A DNA stretch of 63,938 bases, counting the filler, from Octopus bimaculoides (taxonomy: Eukaryota), in the NCBI RefSeq assembly GCF_001194135.2. It is 6 parts of 5 records of this genome, joined end to end, with 100 filler letters (N's around TTAATTAATTAA, not from the genome) between each part and the next. Parts side by side here need not be neighbours in the genome. Positions count along the whole stretch, not along the records: positions 24,600 to 51,561 come from NC_068988.1; 5 more parts are not named here. One strand, given 5' to 3'. This document shows, in pieces, positions 26,916-40,184 of the stretch (within the stretch, counting starts at the first letter, position 1; each line of letters begins with the position of its first letter). Under the pieces are notes generated by a model that saw nothing but the letters and a program-made list of their open reading frames with translations, had not been told where the DNA came from and ran no database searches. The position numbers were made by a program, and so were the translations under genes.

Positions 26916-27799
26916 TTCAATTAGAGATTAAATTAGCCTCATTAAGGGATAGTAATATCCAATGAATTACTGGTTCATTACCTAATATTTGTTGTGAATA
27001 ATAATAATATTCATAAAATAATAGGTCTATATATAAATCATGGTTTATAATCATTGAGAAGAAAATTAAGAAAATAGAGATATCACATTTAACAAAAGTT
27101 TATTATCTGCAAAAATCCAACATATTCTCTTAAAGCTGTTTCAATTAAGCCTAAAGATTAAAATAGCAATTATTAAATCATTATATTAGGCAAAATCTCA
27201 TCAGAGAGATAGAAAAAAGATATACCGTTAGGTTATTAGGTGTTGTGTTTTGGAATCATCTCAGCAGTCTGCTGAGATGAGTCTAAAATGCAATGAGTCT
27301 AAAAGCTTATAAAAAGAAAAGGAAGAAAAAGAACAAAAAAATTCAGAAATTCAAAAATTCAACAATGTGAACATCAGTATAGGTATATATGTATAATTTT
27401 TTCTATCAGTAATTAAAAATAGGACAAGGTGAATTGCTTCTTTTTAAGGCCAACGTCAGCTCTGTCATTAATCGATAGTAGTAGTAAACACATTTGACCT
27501 CTGCTGACCCCAAGAGTGTGAGGCCTCTTTTGTAAGGCCTCTTTTGTGAGGCCTCTTTTGCCTAATTACACAGGAATGTCCATTGCTGACCTCCTCCCCA
27601 TCTGCTGAATCTATTTACAGACCTGTAGAATTTGATCTATTCACCAAGCTGCTACTCTTCCTCCTACTATTCCCTTCAACGCTCACATATTTATGATTAT
27701 CTCAAGTACAAGACAAAAGTTGAAACTGAACAACATTTAATAATACCTTTTAATAATAAATTGAAATAACAACAACAACAATAATAAAACAAAACCAAA

Positions 27800-27950
27800 A
27801 GAGAATGGTGGGCAGATGACGACAGTAGTTGGAGCAAAGATAGCTTCTCAAGACAGTTACAACACCAGTGATTGTGGGAGCACTTGAAATGACCAGTAAA
27901 GGAACTAAAAGTTAGTTGAGAATGATCTGTCTTATGCAAAAAACAGCATT
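27800..27950 (+). mobile_element. Dong-type REL endonuclease remnant
   Basis: Translates KTVTTPVIVGALEM..LMQKTAF and is preceded by an (AAT/AAC)n tract. Confidence 0.5.
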
Positions 27951-27999
27951 TAATTAATGAAATGAAAATACTCATGTTCAGATTTATTTACAATAAAAA

Positions 28000-30747
28000 C
28001 ACAAACTGTAAAAAAATTGTCACGTACATATGCAATTTTATTCTTGTATCTACAGTTATTATTAAAACATGTATTAAAAAAAACTTTAGTTTGAATAGAT
28101 TACATTTATTCTCATCAAAAACTCAATGAGAAACTTGAGCCTGGTGTTTCTTGCACAACTCTTTAAGATTGGGTCGTGTTTTTGATAGACACACACGAAG
28201 TTCATCTTCCACAGACAGCAATTGTGCTCGCTTCTTGTGCTTGATGGTTGTCAGAGCTGAAAATCCAAATTCACACAAGTAGGAGGTTGAAAACTGCACA
28301 AGAAGTCGCAGTGCTTTCTGGGCAATTGCAGGATATTCCTTTTCAACCAGCAACCAAAATGCATTCAGGTTAAGCTCAGAATGCTTCAACTTTAATGTTC
28401 TGTCATTTAAAACATTGGCAAGTTCTTCTTCTGTTAATGTGAATTGTTCTTCAAATGGTTCAAATTCCACAAATGGGTTTCTAATCCAGTCATACAGGTC
28501 AACAGATATCGATGGAAAATATTTGTCAAGATTTGTTAACAAAGTGTGCAAATGGTTCAAAATCAGTAGCGCAATTTCTTGACAATTCCTTTTAAAAACA
28601 CTTGGAAACATTTCCAAATTTCCTATGCATTTCTTCCATATTGTCAATTTCTTCTGAAAAGCATTTATTTTGTCAGTAGAAGACAAGATATTTTCGTTCC
28701 TGCCCTGCATGCCATTGTTCAAGGGATTTAGCTTGTGAAATATATTGGCAAGATATGCTAACTTGGAACACCAATGGTCATCACTCAAACATTCTACAAA
28801 GTCTTTCAGGTTTTCTTGCAAAGAAAAGGTCAATAACTCTTCTCTTAATTCATAAAAACAAGACAATACTTTTCCTCTTGACACCCATCGTATTTCTGTG
28901 TGTTGGATTAAGGTGGAAATGTCTGCTTCCATACCCACACAAAGTTTCGCAAACTGTTGACATTTAATTGGCCTCATCTTGATGTAATTAGCTATTTTCA
29001 CTACCATATCCATTACAGATTTTAGTTCAGGTTCAAGAGTTTTAGCAACTAGTGCTTCTCTATGAATGAAACAATGAGTATGGATAATATTTGGATTTTG
29101 TTTTTGTGCGATTGGGACAAAGCCTTTAAGACATCCTGTCATTGCAGGGGCACCATCTGTACAAATACCAACACAGTTTTTCCAGTTCAATCTACAATAC
29201 TCTAAATATGAATTCAAAACATCAAATACATTTTGTCCTTTTCTTGTTTCTGGCAACTCTTTGCAACACAGGAAGTCTTCTACAATAGCTTCATCATTAA
29301 TAAAACGAACAAATACAAGGAGTTGTGCTTTACCAGTGATGTCTGTACTCTCATCAACTTGAAGCGCAAACAACTTATGTTTCAGTATTTTTGACTTAAT
29401 ATTGCACTCAATGTCTCCTGTCATGTCTTGAATGTGCCTACTTATTGTGTTGTCAGAAAGTGGAATTTTATTTAGCTCTGATGCAGCATCCTCTCCAAAC
29501 ATTATCCTCACTATTTCCTGGCATGCAGGTAAAATTACAGTTTCAGTGATGGTATGAGATTACATTTTTCTTGCAACTATCTCCGCCACAGCATAACTTG
29601 CTTCTTGTCCTTTGTCACTCAACTTGAACTTTTTGGCAAACATAGAAACTTGCCTTTTATTAAATGCCAATTCTCTTTTAAAATATTGTTCATTTTTGCC
29701 TGACAACTCTGGATGTTTAGTTGTTAAGTGTCGTTTCAGTTTGGCTGGTGCCATAGCACTATTAGCCAGCTTCTCCCCACAAACAGTACACAAAAGGGAA
29801 GGGCAGTCTAGGTTTCCAGTCCAAGTAAATCCCAGAGCTATGTAGTTTTCACAATATTGACAAACTTTTAGTTGCAGGTTAATTCCCTCCTTTCTTGGTA
29901 ATTTCGACGAGGCAGCATCATTGGCAGTGGCTGCGGCTTCAACAGACTGCCTCAGACCCTGCATCTCTTCATTTGTATCTAACTTACGTTTTTTCAGAAA
30001 TCTATCCATACTTGTAAGGCTGTAAGCAGAATTGTATATATATAAAAGCAAACCTAATAATGGCAGGACAAAATGATCTTTAAAGTGTAGCGAGTCTAAT
30101 GATGTAAAATTTAACTTTTTTATTAATGTATTTTTAAAGTAATGGGTATTTGATTATATCTAAACAATATGCATATAATAATAAAAAAGATTTTTGGATT
30201 TGAATTTAAAATGTCATTTATTTGTTCATTGTTCTAATTTAGAAATTTGTAAGGAGTTAATATTTATGCATATTTACATATCTTCTAATTTAATATCAGT
30301 TTCCCTATTTCTTATTTTTTTTCTACATATGTAATTCAACTCTCTTTCGATTTTTTAATCTTAACATTTGACCAAATATTAATAGACGTCATACAAGAAA
30401 AATTTTTTACAAAAGCGCCTTTTAAAAAGCTAAAGATCTTTTAAAAGGCAGATTAACAACAACACCTAAATGGTTTATGCAGTTAAAATGTTTCTTTCAA
30501 ATATAGTCACTCGTATTTTACAAAAGAAAACTAAACCATCATCTAAGCTGGCATCCAACTCGTAGATGTGCACATACATGTACACACCAAGGATCAGGGT
30601 CATCTACGCTGACGTGCAACTTGTAGGCCTAACATGTACACACATATCTGCACAGAAGAATTAAAAATTACTGTCGATTTTAGCATTTATGTAACTTCTT
30701 GCAGAACCCCTGGACTGTACTGACGGAACCCTGGTTGAAAACCACTG
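28000..30747 (-). mobile_element. hAT (Buster/Charlie-type) DNA transposon; 5' TIR intact, 3' TIR not found
   Basis: Minus strand starts cagtggttttcaaccagggttcc at 30747. The flanking 8-mer GTATAGAC (30748-30755) fits the nnnTAnnn Buster target. Left boundary approximate. Confidence 0.9.
28123..30009 (-). pseudogene. Buster-type hAT transposase (ZBED5/FAM200-like), ~628 codons, single in-frame TAA at 29562-29560
   Basis: MDRFLKKRK..CTVCGEKLANSAMAPAKLKRHLTTKH (BED finger). After the stop the same frame continues SHTITETVILPACQEIVRIMFG, then QVDESTD, CTDGAPAM, HCFIH, RWVSRG, YLCEFGFS and QAQVSH*. Confidence 0.92.
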
Positions 30748-30840
30748 GTATAGACCATTGTATAAGGAGTGAAAGGAGAACACTTGCCGAGTATTTGATA
30801 AATAGTGACAAAGATCTACTGCAATATACCAAGATCCATA
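30748..30840 (+). mobile_element. Short Dong-LINE fragment, the hAT insertion target
   Basis: gtatagaccattgtataaggagtgaaaggagaacacttgccgagtatttgataaatagtga matches 33498-33560 of the neighbouring LINE. Confidence 0.8.
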
Positions 30841-30989
30841 TTATTATCAATATTTTTAAATGCTATTGGTAGAACAACAGTGATAATAATAATCACTGTG
30901 GTTATGGAGGTGACACAATGCAAGCATGTTATTTATATATGTGTATATGTACATACATGTGCATGTGTATATGCAAATAAAGAGAGGAA

Positions 30990-33860
30990 GAACGAGATGG
31001 GATCTCAGTAACAACTCTTGTGGGAACCCCATGAACAACTCATGAAGTCATGACGCAACACAACAATGAAAGAATTAATGACGAGAATGAAGCTATAGCC
31101 AATCATGGTGAAGGTTTCCTGCCTGGCATGTCTGAAACTGCCTGCATCAGGGGCAGTGATCTGGCCTCAGATGGTCATTATGTCACAAGAGATCACATAC
31201 ATGGTGTGCGCAAGAACAGACATAAGTGGACGAAGAGCAAAGCTGGAAAGAAATTGCAGAGTAGGCCGACATACCTTGAAATTTTGGATGAAAAAGGATA
31301 TGTATCTAATGTCAGAAAATAAACTAATGAACCAAGTGAGAGTGGTTAGGAGGAAGGGTTACTTAACTGGAGTAGAAATATCTCGGATTAATGAGAGACT
31401 GAGAGACCCTGCAGATGGACTACAAAGGATGGTCAGAGTTGAAAACAGCAAGGTAGGAGTTGAAAGCAGACAGGAGGAACAGGGAAATGGTGATGGGGCT
31501 GTTAATGATGAGGAACAGGAATGTTATACAGTGAACCCTGATACTGTGGTGGGTGGACATGCAGGGGAAATGAACCAACTAGATGATGAATTGCTTGAAA
31601 TTCAAAGACAACTCTCTGAGTTGATGAATGCTCCAGAAGAAAAAATCCCCATGAATATGAGAAGGGTAGATAGGGGTATGACAAATAAAGTAACACAAAA
31701 GATAAATACTGTCATACCATACATCCAGACGGAAGACATAACACAAACAAGAAATCTTCTCCGAGCTATTGCACTATTTGCTGAGGAGAAATTACAACTT
31801 AAGAAAACAAAAAATGGTAGAGCAAAAAAACCATGGTGGAAACGATGCACTGAAAGGGACATAATGTGGGCAAGGCAAGATCTAGGAAAAACTGAGCAAT
31901 GGTTAAGAGGAAACTGGAAAAATGGGAAAAAGACTGACTGAGAAAAATTAGAGAAGAAATATAAAATATAGAAGAACAGGTTTGATGCAGTAATAGAACA
32001 GTTAAAACAGAAGATCATGGTAAAAAGCCAGAAGAACATAAGATTTGTGAACAGAAATAAGCAGTTCGAGAACAGATTGTTAAAAAATAACTCGAAACAA
32101 TTCTTCTGAATGTTAGAAGGAGACAATGGGAAAAATGTTGCTCCTGATGCAAATCAAGCCAAGGAGTTCTGGAGAAGATTATGGGGAAACAATGTGGTGT
32201 ATAAAAGGGATGCAACGTGGATAGGAGCTATCAAGACAAAATTACAAGGAGGAAAGAAACAACAGAATATTGTCATAAGCACAGGTGATTTGAAAGTACA
32301 AGTGGGTAAAGTGACTAACTGGAAAGCCCCCAGACCAGATGGGATTCATGGCTTCTGGCTGAAGAGATGCCACACGGTGCATGAAAGACTAGCAGCCCAA
32401 TTGAATGAGTGTATCCTGAAAGGTACAGTCCCCATGTGGATGGTGACTGGGAAGACAACACTCATAATGAATGATAGAAGAAAGGGGAATATTGTGGGAA
32501 ACTACTGTCCCATAGCATGCCTAAATATAATCTGGAAGATACTCACTGCAATATGTGCAGCAAAGACATATACTTTCCTGGCACAGGAAGAAATACTACC
32601 AAGGGAACAAAGAGGATGTAGGAAGAGTTCTCAGCATTGTAAAAAACATCATACAAGCATGTCTATAGCTTGGATTGATGTTAAGAAGGCATGTGATATG
32701 ATGCCTCATTCTTGGATTGTTGAATGCCTGCAGATGTTTGGTGTTGCTGACAACATCACAAATTTTCTGATGCATAACACAAAAGAGTGAAAAACCAAAT
32801 AGTGCTCAAGTATTCCTTGGAGAAGTTAATATTAAAAGGGCCATCTTCCAAGATGACTCGTTTTCTCCATTACTATTTATAATGGCACTAATACCCATAA
32901 CAATGACACTTAGGAAAGTTAAGATGGGTTACCGATGTGGGAAGAAAGGCCCATCATTGAACGATCTTCTGTTTATGGATGACCTGAAATTGCTTTAGAA
33001 ATTTGAAAAACAGATAGATTCCTTAACCAAAACAGTCCAGAAGTGTGGTAGGGACATTGAAATGGAATTTGGGATTACCAAATGTTCAGTGCTTAATATG
33101 AAAAGAGGGAAGAAAGCATCATGCACAGGATTGTGGTTACCATCAGGAGAGACCATGGGTGAACCTGACGGCAGTGGGTATAGATATTTAGGGATTTTGG
33201 AGCTGGATGACATTCTACACAGAGAGATGAAAGTCAAGGTCAGTGAAGCGTATCAAAAAAGTGGGAAAGCAGTGTTGAAATCCAACTTCAATGCCAAAAA
33301 TTTGATTACTGCAACAAATATCTGTGCAGTTGCAGTGGTTAGATATAGTGCGTCCATCCTCAAATGGACTGAGGAGGAAATATCAACACTGGATAGAAAA
33401 ATGAGAAAGTTGATGACGCTGTATGGGGCACTACACCCTAAAGCAAACATGAACAGAATCTATATGAAAAGAAAGAATGGTGGCAGAGGACTAATTAGTA
33501 TAGACCATTGTACAAGAAGTGAAAGGAGAACACTTGCCAAGTATTTGATAAATAGTGATGACGACCTGCTGCAATATGCTGTAAATGATATGGGTGTAAA
33601 TTCAGATGAAATGATGGGCAAGGAAGAGTTTAACCAAAGAGCTGAGGAGAAGAGAAAAGAAGACCTTCTTGAAATGAGAATGCATGGACAGTTTGAAAGG
33701 AATACACAGGACTTTAAGGATAATACAGCATCGTGGGTATGGCTTGAGCGAGGTGATTTGAAGTGTACCACTGAAAGCCTGATCATTGCTGCACAAGACC
33801 AGGCTCTCACTACGAATTCAGTGAAGTATGACATCTATAAAACTTCTGACACCCAGGAAT
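30990..33860 (+). mobile_element. R4/Dong-clade non-LTR retrotransposon, near-complete 5' and RT region, 3'-truncated, several stops/frameshifts
   Basis: RHKWTK N-terminal motif. RT motifs WKAPRPDGIHGFWLK, NYCPIAC, EQRGCRK, AWIDVKKACDMMPHSW, IFQDDSFSPLLF and LFMDDLK (32972-83). Thumb region RIYMKRKNGGRGLISI, then ESLIIAAQDQAL. Ends just before the CCHC/REL region, followed by (AAT)n. Confidence 0.92.
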
Positions 33861-33929
33861 GCAGTGTTATTTTGATGTATGCACTGCTCTCTTACTCAGT
33901 AATAAAAATAATAATGATGGCGATAATAA

Positions 33930-33971
<42 letters not shown>

Positions 33972-33982
33972 CAATAATTATG

Positions 33983-34372
33983 GCTTCAAATTTTGGCTGA
34001 AGGTCAGCAATTTTGGGGGAGGGAAAAGTTGATTATATCAATTCCAGTGTCCAACTGGTACTTATTTTATCCACCCCAAAAGGATGAAAGGTAAAGTTGA
34101 CCTCAAAACATAAGGACAGAAAAAATGCTGCTAAGCATACTGCCTGGCATGCTAACGATTCAGCCAGCTTACCATTTTTTTCATAATAATGATAATGATA
34201 ATTTCAAATTTTGCCACAAGGGTAGCAATTTTTTGTGGGAGGGGATGAGTTGATTACATTGACCCCAGTACTTGACTGATACTTAATTTCTCGACCCCAA
34301 AAGGATGAAAGGTGAAGTTGGCCTCAGCAGAATTTGAGCTCAGAATGTACCAACAGGCGAAATACCGCTAAA
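33983..34372 (-). mobile_element. Two tandem tRNA-SINEs (33983-34175, 34200-34372)
   Basis: Both carry ttgattacat/tatc..ggtactt..aaaaggatgaaaggt; separated by aataatgataat. Confidence 0.75.
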
Positions 34373-34377
34373 TAATG

Positions 34378-37015
34378 ATGATGATGATGGTCATTCCTGT
34401 TGATTTCAATGTATGTGTGTTTGAAGGAGAAGATTTAAAAGGAGAGAGAAAAATAAAATGATACAAAGAAGAAACAACTTCAAAAATAAAAGAATAAAAG
34501 AAGCTGCATCTATTTGTGATGGATATGTAAATATGATTTGAGTCCTGGTATGGATTTTGCTATGAAGTCACATTGGGACACTGATGATTTTGATTTTGCC
34601 AGGGATTGAGAAAATGTGTCTGTTGATTGCAGGAGAAAATTCTTTTATTGTTCTGTTTTTTCAACTCAAATTGTTTGAATGTATCATTACACATTTTATG
34701 CCATGCAGATCGATCTAGGCTATAACTTTCTCAAGATGTTAGATTAAGCTGTTGAGGCTTTCATGATTGCTTCAACTTATCCTTATATCTAAGGATAGAT
34801 CTTCCCTTATTGTGGTGTCCATCTACTTGTTGGCATACAAAAGAATTTTCGGAGTCATCTTTCGTTTAAACATGTCCTACCCATCTGCACTGAATTCTCA
34901 GCAACATGCTTTTGATACTGGAGATATCACATTTTTCTAAGATTTTGACATTTGATATCTTGTCTCGTCATTTTATGTTGTAGATATTGCACAGAATGTA
35001 CATATGAAAGGTTTCAAGTTTCTTTATATGACTGTGGTAGGGAGTCCATGTTTGTGCTCAAAATATAAGATTTGCATACACTTAATTTGGTCTTCAGACT
35101 GACACCATGTTCATCCCATAAACAGTGGGAAAGTTTTCCAAAAGCATTTGCAGCTTTAGATATTCTAACATTGATTTCATCATTAAGAGTATTTTTCAAG
35201 TTTACTGTACTTCCAAGATATTTAAATGACTTGACGCAGTTGAGTGGCTTGTTTGTTATCAATCATTACATTTGAATCTCAAGTATGTTCTGCCTCAAGT
35301 TTCAGTTGGAATAAACTTGTCTTCTTGAGTCTGATAGTCAGTCCAAAAGCATTAGCTGCTACTGTTTCCTGAATTTCTTTAAACACATGACAAACCAAAG
35401 TGCTATAATGAGCAAACAGAAAGTCATGTAGAATCTCTTACTTGATCTTTTTCTTTGATCTGAAACTTTGCTATTTTACATTTAGTAGACTTCCTTCAAT
35501 GTGAAACTGGAATTTTACACCTTCATGGTAATCCCTAAAATGTGTTAGAGCACCATTGAAAAGAATATGGAAAAAGGTACAGGAGCTAAAACATAACCCT
35601 ATTTGTTTCCAGTGTTGACAGAAAATGCCTCAGAACATTGGCTGTTAGATATTGCAGTTGTCATCATTCCTTTGTGCAGAGATACTATTAACCTTACATT
35701 TTATCAGGAAGGCTGACCTTTGACAAAATTTTCCAGAGCCTCATGATTCAATGTATCAAAGGCCTTGGTCAAGTCAACAAAGACTATGTGCTAGTCACTA
35801 TTTTGCTCATGTGCTTTTCCTTGAACTTGCTGTAAGGGCAAAAATCATGTCAATTGTGCCTCTCCCAGTCCGGAATCCACATTGAGATTCAGGATATATA
35901 CTGTTTACTACATGCATATTGATGCAGTTAAGAATCATCCTTGCAAGAATTTTTCCAGCAATGCACAAAGAGTTTATTCCCCAGTGATTATCACATACAT
36001 TCTTCTTCCCTTCATTTTTGTACAAGTGTGTTATAGATGCATCTTTGAACTATTGGGGAACAGATCCACTTTCCCAAATGAAACAGACCAATTTGCACAA
36101 CTTTCTTACAAGTTGTCTACCATCATACTCGTACACTTCTATGGGAAATACTGTCTTGTCCAGGAGCTTTACCAACAGAAAGTTTTATAATAGCAGTACT
36201 TATCCCTTCCAAGGAAGTATCTTCTGCAAGTTCCTCAATTACAAGCCTCTGAAGGATTTCATTGATTACTTCAGGATCAGTGGTGGGTTCTTGATTTAAA
36301 GAGTTCAGCTAATTTTTTCAGAATTACATCTTAGCTACTTAAGAGTTTTATCCCATTGTTTGAAAAAATTGGTTCTGTTCCACCCTTTTTTGGACCAAAC
36401 ACATCTTTCAGATTCTTATACAATGCTCTCAGGTTGTGAGAGTTAGTAGCCTGTTCCAATTCTTGGACCCATCAAGACTTTTTCATCTCACACAGGTTTT
36501 TGAGTAGTTTTCTTAGAGGAAATGTATAGGGATCTGAGTGATGGTAAGTTTTTGTTTGAGATCTATGCCTTGTGTCTTTTGTGCATAGTTTCTAGGAGAG
36601 GTTTGATTTGAGAATCATTCTCATTGAATCAATCTTGGTGCCTGCGTTTGACATATTCTAGAACTTCTTCAGCAGATGATTTGATGCTGTCATAAATATT
36701 TTGCCACAAAATTTCTTTCCTCTATGTTCTCAAGCTTTGAATTTAGATGCATTTCAAAAGTTTTTGCCTTATTTGGATTTTTTAAGAAAGACACATTCAT
36801 TCTCAATGGTGTAATGGATCTCAGTAGCCTCTTTATCCAAATAATACTTGGGAGTTTTGTGAGCTCTGGTTAATCTGAAATCACAGCAATCTTTGCTCTT
36901 AGTAATAACATAGTCAATCATATGTCAGTTACCAGATCAGGAATGCTTCCAGATATTCTTATATTTATCTGCCTGCTGAAACACTGACCTTGTGATTGTT
37001 AGATGGAACTGGTAA
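34378..37015 (-). mobile_element. RTE-clade (BovB-like) LINE, 5'-truncated within the APE endonuclease, decayed
   Basis: HMIDYVITK (APE C-terminus). RT motifs IAGKILARMILN..PESQCGFRTGRGTIDMIFAL and VKSFKYLGSTVNLKNTLNDEINVRISKAANAFGKL. (CAT)n 3' tail on the minus strand. Confidence 0.9.
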
Positions 37016-37027
37016 TAATGATAATAA

Positions 37028-37415
37028 TCCTTTCTACTATTGACACAAAGCCTGAAATTTTGAGGAAGTGAGGTGGGGGTCTAGTCGATTACATCACTGG
37101 TACTTATTTTATTGACACCAAAAGGATGAACAACAAAGTTGACCTTGGTGGAATTTGAACTCAGAATGTAAAGATGGACGAAATGCTGCTGAGGATTTTG
37201 CCTAGTATGCTAATAATTCTGTCAATTTGCCGCTCTAATAATAATAATAATGGTTTCAAATTTAAGCACAAGGCCAGCAATTTCGAGGTAGGAGTAAATC
37301 AATTACATCAATCCCCGTAATGAACTGGTATTTATTTCATTAACCCAGAAAGGATGAACGAGAAAGTCAACCACAGCAGAATTTTAACTCAAAACAAAGA
37401 TGAAATGCCACCAAG
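37028..37415 (-). mobile_element. Two tandem tRNA-SINEs (37028-37237, 37252-37415)
   Basis: Same family block; separated by (AAT)n. Confidence 0.75.
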
Positions 37416-38789
37416 AACTGGCAGTTAAACATAATAAATTGCTTTATAACTTACCCATTAAATATGAAAAATTGTAATTTGAGAAATAGGCGTGGGCTGT
37501 ATGCACGCGTATCTTATCGTTTACAGTTATCAAAATATTATTGAATAATATAGGCCAGTTTGAAACTCACAAAATTTCTCTATTACAGTGTTTAACAAGT
37601 CACGTTTGCCGTAATAACAGTAAAGGAAAACAAAAAAATTTCGTTCACATTCAGAACGTGCTACATGTCAGTAGGTGCTACTCCTTCCCTCTGGTTGGTA
37701 TAATTATTGTTTGCTTTTTCTTTCTTAGATTAATGTTATATATTCTCATTAATAGATTAATGTTTGTTTATATTAATATTTTTAACTGTTTTCTTGTTTG
37801 CATCTTTACACCCAGTTAAAAAAAAAAAACGTGCTTTTTTGTTTACTTCTTAACTAATAACCTGTCAGTTTTCTCAGTTGTCACTTTGATTTATGTAATA
37901 TGTTGTGTGAATGCAGTCGTTTGACTTGTAAGAAACTTCAACTCAATTATTTACTATCACAAGAAAAGGAGGGACAAGTTAAAATGCAGCAGTCCTTTTG
38001 CCAACTCATAATTTTTATTCATATGGAGACTAAACATGATGTAATTTTTATGATTTAAAAGGAAATTAAGCTACGATATTTTTTCTTTAAAATAAGGTAA
38101 TTTGTGCTTTTTAAAACAGCAATAATGGATTAACCTAGAAATTAGGTAAAACTTGTTCTCCATACATAATTCTGCACGACTGTACAAGAACGACTGGGAC
38201 GTAAACGAGAAACACCCTTGCCATCTAGGGATATTTAACATGCATGAGGTCCAATAGTGAGTAAGATAAAGTATTTTTTGTGGAATTGTCAACTTCTGTT
38301 AAACTAGAAAACTAATTGTCTCGTGATTGGGGATGTATCTAATGTTACGCGATGAAAGAAAAACCTTGTGATTTAAAATTATTTGAGGAGGACCGAAGTT
38401 CTCGATGTTTTTGATATCGTGGGGCAATAGATGTTAAACAAGTTAATGACACACTTCACATGAGAATTTTTAAAAAGAGAAGCTACTTTTCAAAGGAAAT
38501 ATCAAGTAAAATATATAAACCACAATTTCGTTCATAATGATTATATTTATTTTTATACATTGCACTAAGTTTGCCTAAGTTGCAGTTTGAGAAGCACTGG
38601 TACAAGTAGATGTGTAGTGTTGATTACATAGAAAGAGGGTAATATACAAAGTGAAAATAATTACATTCTATAATTAAAATTATTCATTAAGAAGAAGCGA
38701 CACTTTCCGTCGGACGCTTTTCTCCAAACTTGTGTGCTATGTCACAGAGAGAGAGACAGAGAGCTGCATTTTCAAGTGTGCTTTTTCTG

Positions 38790-39174
38790 CAATTAAAGCT
38801 TGGAGTTCTTCTACTGTACGACAATGCCCACCCTCATATCGCCAATATGACCAAGGAACCCATTTAAACGCATGGCTGAGAAGTGCTGCCACACCCGCCG
38901 TACTCTCCTCATTCCACCTCTTTCGATCTCTTTCAAATGCTATGCGTGGAGTTTCGTTCAATACTGATGCAGAATTGAGAGCTTGGTTGGATTAATTTTT
39001 TGAGTCGAAATCAGGTGATGTTTACCAAGGAGGTATTGAAAATCTTGTTGAACGTTGGGAAGAAGTTGTAAACAAAGGGCGAATACATTATTGATTAATT
39101 AGTTGTTATTTTTTATTAAACCTTTTAAAAAATTTAAATTTTAAAAAATGATGGGAACTTAATTGCCAACCTAA
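38790..39174 (+). mobile_element. Mariner 3' fragment with right TIR
   Basis: LLLYDNAHPH..EVLPHPPYS..FHLFRSLSNAMRGVSF..ENLVERWEEVVN. TIR gggaacttaattgccaacctaa followed by TA (39175-76). Confidence 0.85.
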
Positions 39175-40184
39175 TATATATATGTGTGTGTGTGTGTGTA
39201 TACATGTGTGTGTGTATACATGTGTGTGTGTGTATATGTGTGTGTATGTGTGTATATATGTGTATGTATATCTGTATATGTGTGTGTGTGTGTATATATG
39301 TGTGTATATATGTGTGTGTATATATGTGTGTGTGTATATGTGTGTATGTGTATATATATATGTGTGTGTTTGTATATATACATAAATGTACAACTGTTAG
39401 TTTTTTTAACTGTGTGAAGGGGAGGGGGTTATATTTTTTTAATCTCACTGACACCCCAAATTCTGACCCACCTTCTTACCTACTTTTATTTGTAAAGCAG
39501 TTTCTGTATTGATCAATTATTTGTTATATACCTTTATTACGTAACTGTTATCTTAACTTTACTTATTTTAAAACTATTATGTTTCCTTAAATGTTGATAT
39601 AAATAACTTATTAGTTGTTAATTTAAAGAAAAAACAAATTATAGGGAAAAAGACCAAGAAGCAGATACATTTTTGTTGAAAAAATACTATTTAAAAAAAC
39701 ATCAAATAAATATACATATTCATGTGTGTATGTGTATATATTAAGTACAAATGTATATACATTACCTAACCCTATGTTTATATAATACACATTTATAGAC
39801 TTGTCAGTGATATGTATTCATCTTTGACCAACCTGACATAGCTAAGTGACTAAATGTGACCATTTTTCTATATCGCCCTCTCTTTCTCAAACAACAAACT
39901 TCTAAACTCTTTCTTTTTCTCCCTACCTGTGTCATCAACATGTATGATAATTGGTGAAGCATTTCATGTCTCTCTGCCATGTTTTACAGTTGTGAGGCAC
40001 TCCAGCTGTCTCAGTACTCCATGTAGTTCTCTCATCTCATGAATCATAATTTTTCTTGCAAGCTCTTCTATTGTATTATGTAGTGTCTGTACTTTCTTCA
40101 GCTCACATTCTGACTCCTTGTGGGTATTTTAATGTTTGTTACATCATCAGTATTTTTCTTTCTGTAAATTAAAAATCTGAAACT

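Noticed and set aside
30009-37459. Idea that the ATG-G exon at 37455 splices to the hAT acceptor (30019) to make a domesticated transposase
   Set aside because: The spliced product reads ATG GCC TTA CAA GTA TGG ATA GAT TTC TGA, out of frame with the transposase.
38582-38597. hAT-like terminus (cagtgcttctcaaact on the minus strand) as the missing end of the 28-30.7 kb hAT
   Set aside because: It has the same orientation as the known TIR, a different sequence and a non-matching flank, so it cannot pair with it.
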